From the IMG/VR virus record IMGVR_UViG_3300025459_000001: a stretch of 64,000 bases of DNA; one strand, 5' to 3'. Below are positions 49,789 through 59,033 of this stretch, piece after piece (the stretch's first letter is position 1; every line of letters starts with the position of its first letter). This DNA is from an uncultured virus (IMG/VR IMGVR_UViG_3300025459_000001) (lineage: Duplodnaviria > Heunggongvirae > Uroviricota > Caudoviricetes). The position numbers and the translations under genes are program-made. The notes below the pieces were generated by a model. It ran no database searches, had not been told where the DNA came from, and saw only the letters and a list, made by a program, of their open reading frames with translations.

Positions 49789-50340
49789 TCACGGTTTGCG
49801 CCACGTCAAACCGGCGTGCGAGCGGCGGATGGCGCGGGCCAGCGCGGAGATCACTTTCTCGCTGAATTCCGACAGTAGGGAGCTTTCCTTGGGCCGGGTG
49901 GGAGCTTTCTCGCTCTGCGAACGTTGCAATTCTTCGCGGATGGTGGCAAGGCGCAGGCCGCGCTCATGCAGGATTCCGGCGGCGAAACACTTCTCCTCGC
50001 GCAGCAGGCCGAGCAGCAGGTGCTCGGTGCCGATGTGCTTGTGGTTGAGGCGCTCGACTTCCTCGGCCCCGTAAGCGAGCACGCGCTTGCATTCGTGGCT
50101 GAGTGGCAGCTCGACGGAAGTGGAGACCTTTTCCCGGGGCGCGGTATGCCCCTCGATCTGTTTGCGGATCGATTCCACCGCGCTGTCCGAGCGCAGAAAG
50201 CGGTTCGCCAGCGCCTTGTCCTCGCGCAGCAGGCCCAGCAGCAGATGCTCCGTCTCGATATAGGGACTGCCGAACTTCCTGGACTCATAGCGGGCGACGA
50301 AGATCACCCGCCTCGCTTTTTCCGTGTATCGCTCAAACAT
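49789..50340 (-). CDS. ClpC N-terminal-domain mini-protein (host-derived, internally deleted)
   Basis: MFERYTEKARRVIF, two TEHLLLGLLRE repeats, then EKVISALARAIRRSHAGL; no Walker motifs. Confidence 0.85.
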   Translation of the reverse strand: MFERYTEKARRVIFVARYESRKFGSPYIETEHLLLGLLREDKALANRFLRSDSAVESIRKQIEGHTAPREKVSTSVELPLSHECKRVLAYGAEEVERLNHKHIGTEHLLLGLLREEKCFAAGILHERGLRLATIREELQRSQSEKAPTRPKESSLLSEFSEKVISALARAIRRSHAGLTWRKP

Positions 50341-50378
50341 AGGATTTGCGAAGCCCCCGGTAGATCGTTTCACTGTCG

Positions 50379-51242
50379 TCAGGATACATCATTATCGACG
50401 TTTGGTTCTGGCTTTGCGGGGATGTCCTCTTCGAGAAAATCTTCAGCAAAGGTGATCTTTGGAATTTTGTATGGTCGCAATTTATTTTCGAAATACTTAA
50501 AGCCTTTATCGCTGATGCTGTACTTTTGGGCACCGCCAACAATAATGTCAACGCTAGTTCCGGTTCCAACATCACGACTCCGCTCCGCCGCAAACTTGGC
50601 GCGTAGTAGTTCATAAATGCAGGCCCCAAGCGTTATAGTGTCGGGATCGTACATCTCATTCTGACAAAGAAACGCCTGAGCAATGTCTGACCCAGTGCCG
50701 ATTGTTGAATAGTCGTTTTCCCAATGTACTTCGCCGGAAAGATCAACACGAACGATCTGTCCGTATTGTTCCGCATCGAATAACGCAATCAACAACTCTG
50801 CGCCAAGGTTCAAATGGCGTATCTCGTGCCACACATCGTCGTAGTGAGATTCTCGGAGCCATTCCCGCCCGTGTTTAGAGAATTCCTCAAAGTCCATGTT
50901 AAGGGTCATACTAACGAAGTGATTTACTAATTTACGCTTCACATTGCGGCACGCCGCTCTCAATCCCTCAAGTAAGGCGTCGATATGCAAATCGGTATCT
51001 GCCGGATTAGACTCTCGCATGTATCCACGTATCGCTGGATCACAAGCGTTAAGTAATTGATCGGCGCGTGTCGGTTGTCCAGAAATCAAGATCGAGCAGT
51101 GCGATTCTCCTTCTTCGATTTCTCGTAGCTTGTCTGCATCGTCCGAAGTTATTAGCGTGCCTTTGTTAACCTGCCAGTCACGGCACAAAACTAGCGTTGA
51201 CTTTGCTTGGTAGGTGCAGGTTGCGGCAATACACAGCGTCAT
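50379..51242 (-). CDS. proteasome beta-subunit-like Ntn hydrolase (probable start MTLCIAA at 51242)
   Basis: N-terminal Thr, LVLCRD, conserved K, STIGTGSDIA, RDVG; RBS GAGGAG. Confidence 0.65.
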   Translation of the reverse strand: MTLCIAATCTYQAKSTLVLCRDWQVNKGTLITSDDADKLREIEEGESHCSILISGQPTRADQLLNACDPAIRGYMRESNPADTDLHIDALLEGLRAACRNVKRKLVNHFVSMTLNMDFEEFSKHGREWLRESHYDDVWHEIRHLNLGAELLIALFDAEQYGQIVRVDLSGEVHWENDYSTIGTGSDIAQAFLCQNEMYDPDTITLGACIYELLRAKFAAERSRDVGTGTSVDIIVGGAQKYSISDKGFKYFENKLRPYKIPKITFAEDFLEEDIPAKPEPNVDNDVS

Positions 51243-51310
51243 GGCCTCAGGCTCCTCTGTGTATTGATCCTCACAGATTTCCTGTGGGTGTGTCGAGTAT
51301 ATTTGTGCCG

Positions 51311-51769
51311 TCACGACGCCTCTTTGGCTTCGGCAACCTGTTGTTTCTTTTCGGCTTCCTTGAGGTCACGTAATGTGGCGGTAGCTTTCTGCAATTTCCT
51401 CCCATCTTCGGAGGCTTCACAATTGCTTGGGAGTTCGGATGGGAGGGCCACACCATTGCTGCGGCACCACTCTTTTTGCTGTTGGAAGGTTTCTATGTAG
51501 CGGGGCTTAGGTTTGCCGTCCGGGGTATTCCTGTCCCAGACCCAGTGGTGAAGGTCCTGGCGGTCGCCATCGTCTAGGGATCTGTCCACGTATTTCCGTC
51601 CCATATCTCCCATGAAGGGACTGGCGAACGAACTGGGTATCTTCTCCGTTCTTTCCCCGCACTCTTCGCAGGGCTCAGTCGGATCGTCCCAGTGTTTATA
51701 GAAGTGCTCCACAATCAGACCACGGTTGCCGCAGGTCTTGGAGACGCACACTGACTCAAAAACTGGCAC
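51311..51769 (-). CDS. FmdB-like zinc-ribbon protein
   Basis: MPVFESVC...C...CEECG...KIPS. Confidence 0.6.
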   Translation of the reverse strand: MPVFESVCVSKTCGNRGLIVEHFYKHWDDPTEPCEECGERTEKIPSSFASPFMGDMGRKYVDRSLDDGDRQDLHHWVWDRNTPDGKPKPRYIETFQQQKEWCRSNGVALPSELPSNCEASEDGRKLQKATATLRDLKEAEKKQQVAEAKEAS

Positions 51770-51772
51770 AAT

Positions 51773-52267
51773 CTACTCCTGTCCCACGTGGGACTCCTGA
51801 ACTGGCCGTAAGGCCATCTCCAAGCTTTCTATTGCCGCCTTAGTTGCTGCGGCTACCTCGCACAGATCAGCAAGGCTTTCTCGTGGTATATTAATTGATC
51901 GGAACTCAGCCAAACGGATGGCTGGATATATCTGACCAGTAAACGGTCCTTCGTGACCTCTCTTGAAGCCAGTGAACCCGTATTTAACAGTCCTGCCAAG
52001 GGTTCTATTGGCGATCATGCGCCTTACCAATTCATTAGCCGCTGGGATCAGGATAGAGTCTTCTTGTTTCCGACGAGCAGCCTCATTTTTATCAATGAGG
52101 TAGAACTCAACGTCTATGGTCTTGCAGGAGGCTACCGCCTCAATATCCGCTCCTTCAAGGTTTTCAGTCGCACAGTCTGATCCGTACAACGTTATGTGGC
52201 CTTCGTTCCTGCGAAGAAATTCAAGTGCGAGTAACCTGTATTTGTCCTTGTCGAGTTCGAACATCAC
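51773..52267 (-). CDS. hypothetical protein
   Basis: Coupled ORF. Confidence 0.5.
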   Translation of the reverse strand: MMFELDKDKYRLLALEFLRRNEGHITLYGSDCATENLEGADIEAVASCKTIDVEFYLIDKNEAARRKQEDSILIPAANELVRRMIANRTLGRTVKYGFTGFKRGHEGPFTGQIYPAIRLAEFRSINIPRESLADLCEVAAATKAAIESLEMALRPVQESHVGQE

Positions 52268-52839
52268 ACCGCCTCCGTATGGCTCTCTGCGATGTCCTGG
52301 AACAGCCCGCCGCCCAGAGACTCCTGAATCAGTTTGACCAGATCGGTGCCTGTCTCGAACTTACCGCCCAGAAGTGTTTCTAGGGCCTGCTTGTCTTTGG
52401 GCATCATGCGGACCAAGTGAGGATAGCCGGAGTTTCCCATATTGTATTGCATCGGGTCTCCGTCTATGAAGATGTCCCAGATGTCCTGGATCAGCTCTTT
52501 CACGGTTCGCCCTTGAGATGTTGCGGCCTCCTGGTAATAGTCTTCGTATACCGGGTCCACGGAGCACCGGAACGTCAACTTGCCCTCTTCGCGGCCCGCC
52601 GCCTCCGCCAATAGCGGCAAGAGTTCTTCGCCGGAAGTCGGTTCTAAGCCGGTGGACTCCGTGATGCGCGCCATCTCGTTCGGGGTGAGCATCAGCCCGC
52701 CGCCTGAAACGTCCTTTAAGAGTGTCTGGATGATCTGGGTGAGCTTCTGAACTTCGTTCTCATCCCCCTCGACCATGGTCATTAGGGGTCCGATGTCGTT
52801 CTCGGATAGCTCAAGTTGAATGTTGTACTTAACGCTCAC
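52264..52839 (-). CDS. hypothetical protein
   Basis: Acidic helical ORF with RBS. Confidence 0.5.
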   Translation of the reverse strand: MSVKYNIQLELSENDIGPLMTMVEGDENEVQKLTQIIQTLLKDVSGGGLMLTPNEMARITESTGLEPTSGEELLPLLAEAAGREEGKLTFRCSVDPVYEDYYQEAATSQGRTVKELIQDIWDIFIDGDPMQYNMGNSGYPHLVRMMPKDKQALETLLGGKFETGTDLVKLIQESLGGGLFQDIAESHTEAV

Positions 52840-52881
52840 GGCTTTCTCCTTGGGTTTTATAGTACTCCCGTTTCCCCTTGA

Positions 52882-55128
52882 CTACAAGTCCTCAATCCTC
52901 GGTTCATAAGGCTGGCCTTCCGGCTTCTTCCCCATCAACGTCATCAGTCCTTCAAAACCCAACGAGTTGGGCAGTTGGATTTCCAGCGAAATAGCCTTCA
53001 GTTGGATCGAGCCGCATTGCGGACAACGGTATTCTCGTTCCGGGTTATCGCAGACCCACGGCCATTTGCCTTCCGAGTCCACCGTCTCCCCGTACCGGCA
53101 AGTCTGACAGTAACACCGATACCGCGCGGGCTTCTGGACTTCCACTACGCCTGGAACGCGAACGCGGCCTCCTTCGTCACAGTCCATTTCATGGGCGCAG
53201 TAAAGAGAGATGAGACCGGCAAGGAGTTCGTCGTCGTGAAACGTTTCCTCAGCCCCGAAGGTCCGCGAGTCAGCCTCTTCTTTCCGGTAAGTGGTCATTT
53301 CCTCTGCAAAGTTTGCTGACCTAATTACCCAAGTGTGAGACAAGAGCCAGTCCACTCCCGTCTGATGAAGGTACGCCTTCGTATTCACTTTGGTGTACCA
53401 ATGCCATTTCCCGGACAAAGGGTGCAGGGAGTCCAGATGTTTCCACCGGAAGACATTTGGGTACTGATAAAAAATCAGCACATCGTCACCAACAGTCTGA
53501 TAGACGTTGTACTCGATGCACATCAAGGCGTCGTTGTACCACCTTCCAATGACGTTACAGTAGAAGGCCAATTCCTTGGGCTTGGTGTGGTTATCCCTCC
53601 AGACCGCCACTTGCTCATCGGGCTGGCCAAACTTACCGATCTTGTTGACGAAGATCACACTGTAGTCTTGGCCGATTCCTTCGCTCGGGTCCACTCCAAC
53701 TGAGTACTCAACGCCCAGTAGCGGCTCCTCCCAGACCCAAAAAGGGGTCTCGTCTTGGCGATGATCGACATTGCACCCCTTGATGTAACACCGGCCATCT
53801 TCTCCGCCCGCCCCGTGGATTTCGCCGGTTTCCCGATAAATCTTTCCCTTCCTGACTGGATTCCGATCTACGGTCGAATTCACCCACTCGCGGCAGGCAT
53901 CGTTGAACATCACGAAACCACTTACCTGCCAAGCGTCCTCGGCGGTGACGGCCATTTCCTGAAGCCACTGTTTCTTGGCCTTCTCCCCCTGTTCTTCAGC
54001 TTGCTCGCGGTTGTCCTGATGCCAATAGCATTGCTCGTCCGTCAGCACCATCGGTTGCAAGGTTCCCGTGTCACAGTCGGGGCACTTTGCTCCACTGACC
54101 GATTCTCCGAATAACGCGGCTTTGCGCCACTTCCGACAATTCGCGCACGTCAGCCATTCCTTCTTGGCCCGCTCCCGCATCAGTCTCTCTGGTTCTTGAA
54201 TGCACCAACCGTTCGGAGGAGCCAGAACTCTGGTTGTCTCGAAGAAGCTCGGAAGAAACAGTGGATACCAACGTGGCCATTTGCCTTGATCCATACGCCG
54301 CTCACACGCTCTCCAGATTCGATGCGCAGCGGTTCCGGCTCCTTCACCCGTCCCTTCGATGAATCCGAAGACTTGCGGTTTATCAGCCATCGAGTTGCCT
54401 AAATCGGCGTTGACAATGCGCTCTAAGTCGTCCTCAAGGTAGCCACAAAACTCTGAGACGTGGGCCGCGTCTACAGCGATCCCTTGTCCTACTCCAGAGT
54501 ATTGGTTCGACCATTGCACCATTACACGAGAGTTCATGCCAGGATGTCTTAAACGGAGTAGCGGGTCCTCATTCTCGAAGAATAAGCCCGTCTCTTCTTT
54601 ACGGCTGGACTGCATCGGCTTCAACCACCACGGCATGTTGTCGTAGATGTACAGCATATAGCCGAATAAGTAAGAAGAGTGCGCCCGATCAACCGAGACT
54701 ACGATGGCTCTCGTATTTGGAAAGAACATCGCCCGCCAAGCGATCATCGCTTCAATCAAAGTCGAGCAGCCCAATTGGCGAGCTTTCAAAATCAAAATCT
54801 TCTGTGCTCTGCCCTTGGCCTTCAGTTCGTAGTACTTATCGAGAATGATGAACTGGCTTTCCCAGAGTGATAGGAGTTGTCGCTTCAGTTCCTTCGTAGT
54901 GATCCAGAAGTAATTTCTCGCGGCGTAGCTGAAATCGTTTCGGCAGGCACGGGCTTGTTCGACGATGGCCGCTTTGAGCTTCTTCCCGTCAGCCAACCCC
55001 TCAATCAGTTCAAATCTTTCGATAGAGGGGATCAGGTCCCAGTCTTCTTCCCTAATCTTCAGTTTTAAGGGGAGGTCCCGATCCAAGTACTCGATCATGG
55101 CGGATACGCCAGGGTCGCGTCGCCACAT
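52882..55128 (-). CDS. terL: terminase large subunit
   Basis: Walker A ILKARQLGCST, Walker B AAHVSE, FIEGT, nuclease VGVDPSEG...DYS, IEYN, HDDELLA. Confidence 0.92.
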   Translation of the reverse strand: MWRRDPGVSAMIEYLDRDLPLKLKIREEDWDLIPSIERFELIEGLADGKKLKAAIVEQARACRNDFSYAARNYFWITTKELKRQLLSLWESQFIILDKYYELKAKGRAQKILILKARQLGCSTLIEAMIAWRAMFFPNTRAIVVSVDRAHSSYLFGYMLYIYDNMPWWLKPMQSSRKEETGLFFENEDPLLRLRHPGMNSRVMVQWSNQYSGVGQGIAVDAAHVSEFCGYLEDDLERIVNADLGNSMADKPQVFGFIEGTGEGAGTAAHRIWRACERRMDQGKWPRWYPLFLPSFFETTRVLAPPNGWCIQEPERLMRERAKKEWLTCANCRKWRKAALFGESVSGAKCPDCDTGTLQPMVLTDEQCYWHQDNREQAEEQGEKAKKQWLQEMAVTAEDAWQVSGFVMFNDACREWVNSTVDRNPVRKGKIYRETGEIHGAGGEDGRCYIKGCNVDHRQDETPFWVWEEPLLGVEYSVGVDPSEGIGQDYSVIFVNKIGKFGQPDEQVAVWRDNHTKPKELAFYCNVIGRWYNDALMCIEYNVYQTVGDDVLIFYQYPNVFRWKHLDSLHPLSGKWHWYTKVNTKAYLHQTGVDWLLSHTWVIRSANFAEEMTTYRKEEADSRTFGAEETFHDDELLAGLISLYCAHEMDCDEGGRVRVPGVVEVQKPARYRCYCQTCRYGETVDSEGKWPWVCDNPEREYRCPQCGSIQLKAISLEIQLPNSLGFEGLMTLMGKKPEGQPYEPRIEDL

Positions 55129-55130
55129 GA

Positions 55131-55634
55131 CTATTCCTCGACCGGCTTGGTCTTCTCGTACTCCACGGGGGTGGCAACCAGATCCACCACTCTGCGAGCT
55201 GGTCCTAACTGGCGGGTTTCCTGTTCGTCAGCCAACATGCGGAAGATAGCGTCCGGTGTAGCCAGCCCCTTGGAACCTGAGGCGCTGATATTGGCTGTCT
55301 GATTATTGTTGTTCTGTTGGACGTTGACAACCGTGCCCGCCTTGCCACCTTCTACTAAGCCGTACATCTGGGCCACAAGTCTCATCGCCGCCACATCTCC
55401 CGCTTCTACGCTAATCTCCAAGTTATGGAATAACTTAAATAGGTGCTTGATGGCGTGAAAGGCCTGGATTTTCCCTTGAATGGAACGGCTGGAGAGGTTC
55501 TTGGCGGTGACCTTGATGCCAGCGAATTTCTCGGGAATAACCAGTGGGGGAGCGGGGTTCAACGTGGGACTGCTGGCAACCTGCTTGATCTGGGTTGCGA
55601 TGGGGGTCACTTTCGGCTTCTTTTTGTCCGCCAC
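55131..55634 (-). CDS. probable terminase small subunit
   Basis: Directly upstream of terL; GDVAAMRL...VNVQQNNN pattern. Confidence 0.55.
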   Translation of the reverse strand: MADKKKPKVTPIATQIKQVASSPTLNPAPPLVIPEKFAGIKVTAKNLSSRSIQGKIQAFHAIKHLFKLFHNLEISVEAGDVAAMRLVAQMYGLVEGGKAGTVVNVQQNNNNQTANISASGSKGLATPDAIFRMLADEQETRQLGPARRVVDLVATPVEYEKTKPVEE

Positions 55635-55675
55635 GACCCCAATATAGCAGACTTACTTTAAGAGTCAATCTGAAC

Positions 55676-55718
55676 AAAAAAATCGGCTGTGGCCGCAACG
55701 GAGGATGCAGCCACAGCC
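55676..55718 (-). terminator. rho-independent terminator
   Basis: GGCTGTGGCTGCA-loop-TGCGGCCACAGCC followed by a T run on the minus strand. Confidence 0.75.
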
Positions 55719-55741
55719 AGATCCAGACGCGGATTGAAAGT

Positions 55742-56083
55742 TTAGGTGGCCGATGTTGGTAATTCCGCTACGGCTGCGTCGGCGGCGGTCTTTGCGGTTG
55801 CCGCCTGCGTGACCAGATTCGTCAGGATCGTCTGCGTCGCGGGACTCAATACGTCCCCTTGGTTGGCGATCGACTGCTGAAGCTGTGTAATGGTGGCCTC
55901 CAGGCCGGTGATGCCGGTTGCAAGCGTGGCTACATCCCCTTGCAAGGCTGTGATGGAACCTTGAATTGCCGTCAGTTGCGTTGCGATTGCGCTCATTTGT
56001 CTCTCCAGAAACGATTGGCCTGCTAGTATAGCAGCGAGTTGAATCCCGATGCCTGCCAGCGGATTTTGAATAGGCCAGTTCAT
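55742..56083 (-). CDS. coiled-coil hypothetical protein
   Basis: Ala/Thr/Gln heptads; followed by a terminator. Confidence 0.55.
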   Translation of the reverse strand: MNWPIQNPLAGIGIQLAAILAGQSFLERQMSAIATQLTAIQGSITALQGDVATLATGITGLEATITQLQQSIANQGDVLSPATQTILTNLVTQAATAKTAADAAVAELPTSAT

Positions 56084-56474
56084 AGAACGATGGTACTACA
56101 CCTTGGGACTTATACTATATAATTCCCTTCGTTTTCGTCGGTTTCTACTCTCATTTCCTAACCTCTCTGCCTGACCCTCTACTGCGTAATCTCTTTGACT
56201 CTAAGGAAGCGGTAATCGTCATACGCTCCTTCCTTAAAATACTTGTCATGGTTATGACCGGCGTTATCTACCGCCGATAGATATTGCTCTTTCGTGGCAG
56301 TCCCAGTGACCTTAAAGGTATGACTGGCGATCGTCACCAAATCATCAATTTCGGGGGCCAGCCCTGCCTTGAATGCTATGATCCCTATTCGGGAAAGCTC
56401 TTCAGCAATACGATCCGTTGGCTCACGTAACCGGGGATCATAGCATTCAGGGCGCTGTCCCATCTATTTGCCCT

Positions 56475-57266
56475 TCACTCTGGCAACGCCTGGACCATTT
56501 CGCGCACGTCGCGCATACTAACGCCAGCAGCCAAGAGGTCGCGCGTACTGACGCCAGCGGCCAAGAGGTAGCGCGCACTGACGCCAGCAGCCATGAGGTC
56601 GCGCGCACTGACGCCAGCAGCCAAGAGGTCGCGCGTACTGACGCCAGCGGCCAAGAGGTAGCGCGCACTGACGCCAGCGACCCAGAGGGCGCGCGCGATA
56701 ACGCCAGCAGCCACGAGGTCGCGCGCGATAACGCCAGCAGCCAAGAGGTCGCGCGCACTGACGCCAGCAGCCAAGAGGGCGCGCGTACTGACGCCAGCGG
56801 CCAAGAGGTAGCGCGCACTAAAGCCAGCGACCCAGAGGGCGCGCGCACTGACGCCAGCGACCCAGAGGTCGCGCGTACTGACGCCAGCGGCCAAGAGGTC
56901 GCGCGCACTGACGCCAGCAGCCAAGAGGTCGCGCGCGATAACGCCAGCAGCCAAGAGGTCGCGCGTACTAAAGCCAGCGGCCAAGAGGGCGCGCGCACTG
57001 ACGCCAGCGACCCAGAGGTCGCGCGCGATAACGCCAGCAGCCACGAGGTCGCGCGTACTAGCGCCAGCAGCCCAGAGGTTGCGCACATTAGCGCCAGCGG
57101 CCAAGAGGTCGCGCGTACTAACGCCAGCAGCCAAGAGGTCGCGCGCGATAACGCCAGCAGCCACGAGGTCGCGCGTACTAACGCCAGCAGCCCACTTTTC
57201 TTTGATGGCTGATATATCAGCTTCCAGTCGATCCAGTTCCTTCAATAACTCAGATTTCGTTTGCAT
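56475..57266 (-). CDS. decapeptide-repeat protein
   Basis: About 23 copies of xAAGVS(A/T)RDL; RBS AGGAGAG. Confidence 0.75.
   Translation of the reverse strand: MQTKSELLKELDRLEADISAIKEKWAAGVSTRDLVAAGVIARDLLAAGVSTRDLLAAGANVRNLWAAGASTRDLVAAGVIARDLWVAGVSARALLAAGFSTRDLLAAGVIARDLLAAGVSARDLLAAGVSTRDLWVAGVSARALWVAGFSARYLLAAGVSTRALLAAGVSARDLLAAGVIARDLVAAGVIARALWVAGVSARYLLAAGVSTRDLLAAGVSARDLMAAGVSARYLLAAGVSTRDLLAAGVSMRDVREMVQALPE
56505..57194. repeat. 30-nt tandem repeat array (about 23 units)
   Basis: Unit ACGCCAGCAGCCAAGAGGTCGCGCGYACTR with scattered variants. Confidence 0.95.
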
Positions 57267-57332
57267 CGTCTCTCTCTCCTAAACATGTGGCGTCCGTCCA
57301 TTCGATCTTGCTGTGGCTGTCCCATCTACTTC

Positions 57333-58301
57333 CTAACCTCCTGGCCTGGGGGGAACCAGCCGTGAATTGGCCACACTCTGATCCCTCAAGGATGACTGCA
57401 AAATCGAATCCTCATGCTTAGAAGCTCTAGGGTCGGATATGGACCGAAAACCTTTTTGCATCTGCCCTTCTTGCTTTGTAAGCCGGTCGCCCATCGGAAG
57501 GTTGTCAGTGTCGAAATTTCCAATCTCCCTTAATGGAGGGGAATCACCGATCTCCGCCGGAGACATGTACTTCGGGCGGGGCTTGTACATTGCCTTCAAT
57601 TGCTCCAGGATTTCATCGAGCGCCGCGCTAATGTCCTGCTTTTCGTCGTAGACGCTGAAGGTCTTGCGAGCTACCAATAGGCCAAGAGATGTAGGCTGTC
57701 CTTCAACAGCTCCCCCGCCAGCACTATCCGACACGGCATCGTGCTTGTAGGTCAAATGAACCAGTCCCATCCCGGCCTGGTTGAGGACATTCTTGCGCGC
57801 CCGTAAAGTCAACTTTCCTTCCAGCCCCCTCGGCTCGAATTCGATGTAGTCCGGTGAATTATCGTTAATAAGAGCAATCAGATCCGACACGTCCCACTTA
57901 GGGTTTTCCGTTAGGTTTGATGGCCTTTTTCCTGTGACTGCCCGCCTGCGGACGGTTCCCGCCGTGAATACCTTACGCTTTATATCGGCGGGCTTATGCT
58001 CGTCGAATCCCGGATCTCCCGGCATTAAAATTACGCTCTTGGCCTCTCCGGGGTCCGTAGCAACGTCTTTATGGAGCACCACGGCTCCCAGTGGCGGGGG
58101 AGGGTGAACGTCCAACGTGGGACTCGGCACGCCCGGTGGAACCGTGGCAATACCGGATTCCTCCGTGTTCATGTCATAGAGCATTTCCACCGTGTCCACC
58201 ACGTCCTCGGTGAGTAGAATAGAGTCCTGGGTCTTCTTCAGCCCACGGTCGAGGGTCTTCTGAATGTAGCGGGCGAACTTATCCTTGAGTGCTTGGTCCA
58301 T
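57333..58301 (-). CDS. hypothetical protein (start MDQALKD)
   Basis: Long protein-like ORF. Confidence 0.55.
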   Translation of the reverse strand: MDQALKDKFARYIQKTLDRGLKKTQDSILLTEDVVDTVEMLYDMNTEESGIATVPPGVPSPTLDVHPPPPLGAVVLHKDVATDPGEAKSVILMPGDPGFDEHKPADIKRKVFTAGTVRRRAVTGKRPSNLTENPKWDVSDLIALINDNSPDYIEFEPRGLEGKLTLRARKNVLNQAGMGLVHLTYKHDAVSDSAGGGAVEGQPTSLGLLVARKTFSVYDEKQDISAALDEILEQLKAMYKPRPKYMSPAEIGDSPPLREIGNFDTDNLPMGDRLTKQEGQMQKGFRSISDPRASKHEDSILQSSLRDQSVANSRLVPPRPGG

Positions 58302-58612
58302 GCTTCCTGGCGTCTCTTTCCTTGCAGAGCCTTGAAATTCAGCGCACCCACCTCCCCAGAAATTAGTCCGCCTCACTCCAAGGCTCTGCACGGCCCTCTA
58401 TCCGCTAGAGGGTTGCGTTTGTACTCCAACCGGCTGCGGTGTATTGTGTTTTAGACTGTCGGGTGTTTTCTCCTTTCTTACTGGTTCAGATTACTCGTCG
58501 TCGTTTGCGACATATTGGACAGGGTTGCAACGTTGTACGACATGGCCCCGACCGGAGCTTTCCCGTAGAAAACGGTGGCTCCACTAGTGGTCGTGGGGAA
58601 TAGACCGCCTTG

Positions 58613-58782
58613 CGTCTCGACGAGATACCGGAGAAACTCTCCGATGTACGGAGGCAGATTCGGCGGGTCCATGTAGCGGAAGTCACCGGGTTGGGCGATT
58701 GGGTTCATCAGAATTTTTTGCGCCGGTTTAGCGGGGTGTAAAGCATCCCACACCGCTTCGGCCACCACAGCACTCTTGCCCC
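58613..58782 (-). repeat. duplicated portal-gene segment
   Basis: 58613-58735 is identical to 48204-48326 (123 nt), with about 45 nt of diverged continuation. Confidence 0.95.
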
Positions 58783-58818
58783 AGGGGCTATCTTGCTCCA
58801 CCGCCTTCTGGACGGTGG

Positions 58819-59019
58819 CTAGGCGAAAGGGCGGACCAGTACCTCCGCCTTCTGCATATCCACTTTGGGTGCTTCACCACCCATCACGGCAGCAAGGGCG
58901 GCGGACTGTCCATCTCGGGCAATCACAGCCTTGGGGCCAAAGACCAACTTCTCGACGGCCCCTTCTTCGGCTTCTTTCTTGCTCGGCTTCTCGATGATCG
59001 CTACTTCAAACAACGGCAT
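58819..59019 (-). CDS. conserved phage hypothetical protein (MPLFEVAII...VLVRPF)
   Basis: RBS AGGAG; recognisable small phage protein pattern. Confidence 0.6.
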   Translation of the reverse strand: MPLFEVAIIEKPSKKEAEEGAVEKLVFGPKAVIARDGQSAALAAVMGGEAPKVDMQKAEVLVRPFA

Positions 59020-59033
59020 TGCACTTCTCCTTT

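Noticed and set aside
56418..57212. CRISPR array, or a + strand repeat protein
   Set aside because: Contiguous 30-nt units without unique spacers and no cas genes; the minus frame has the RBS and operon context.
48204..58782. DGR template/variable repeat pair
   Set aside because: Mismatches are not adenine-specific and no reverse transcriptase is present in the window.
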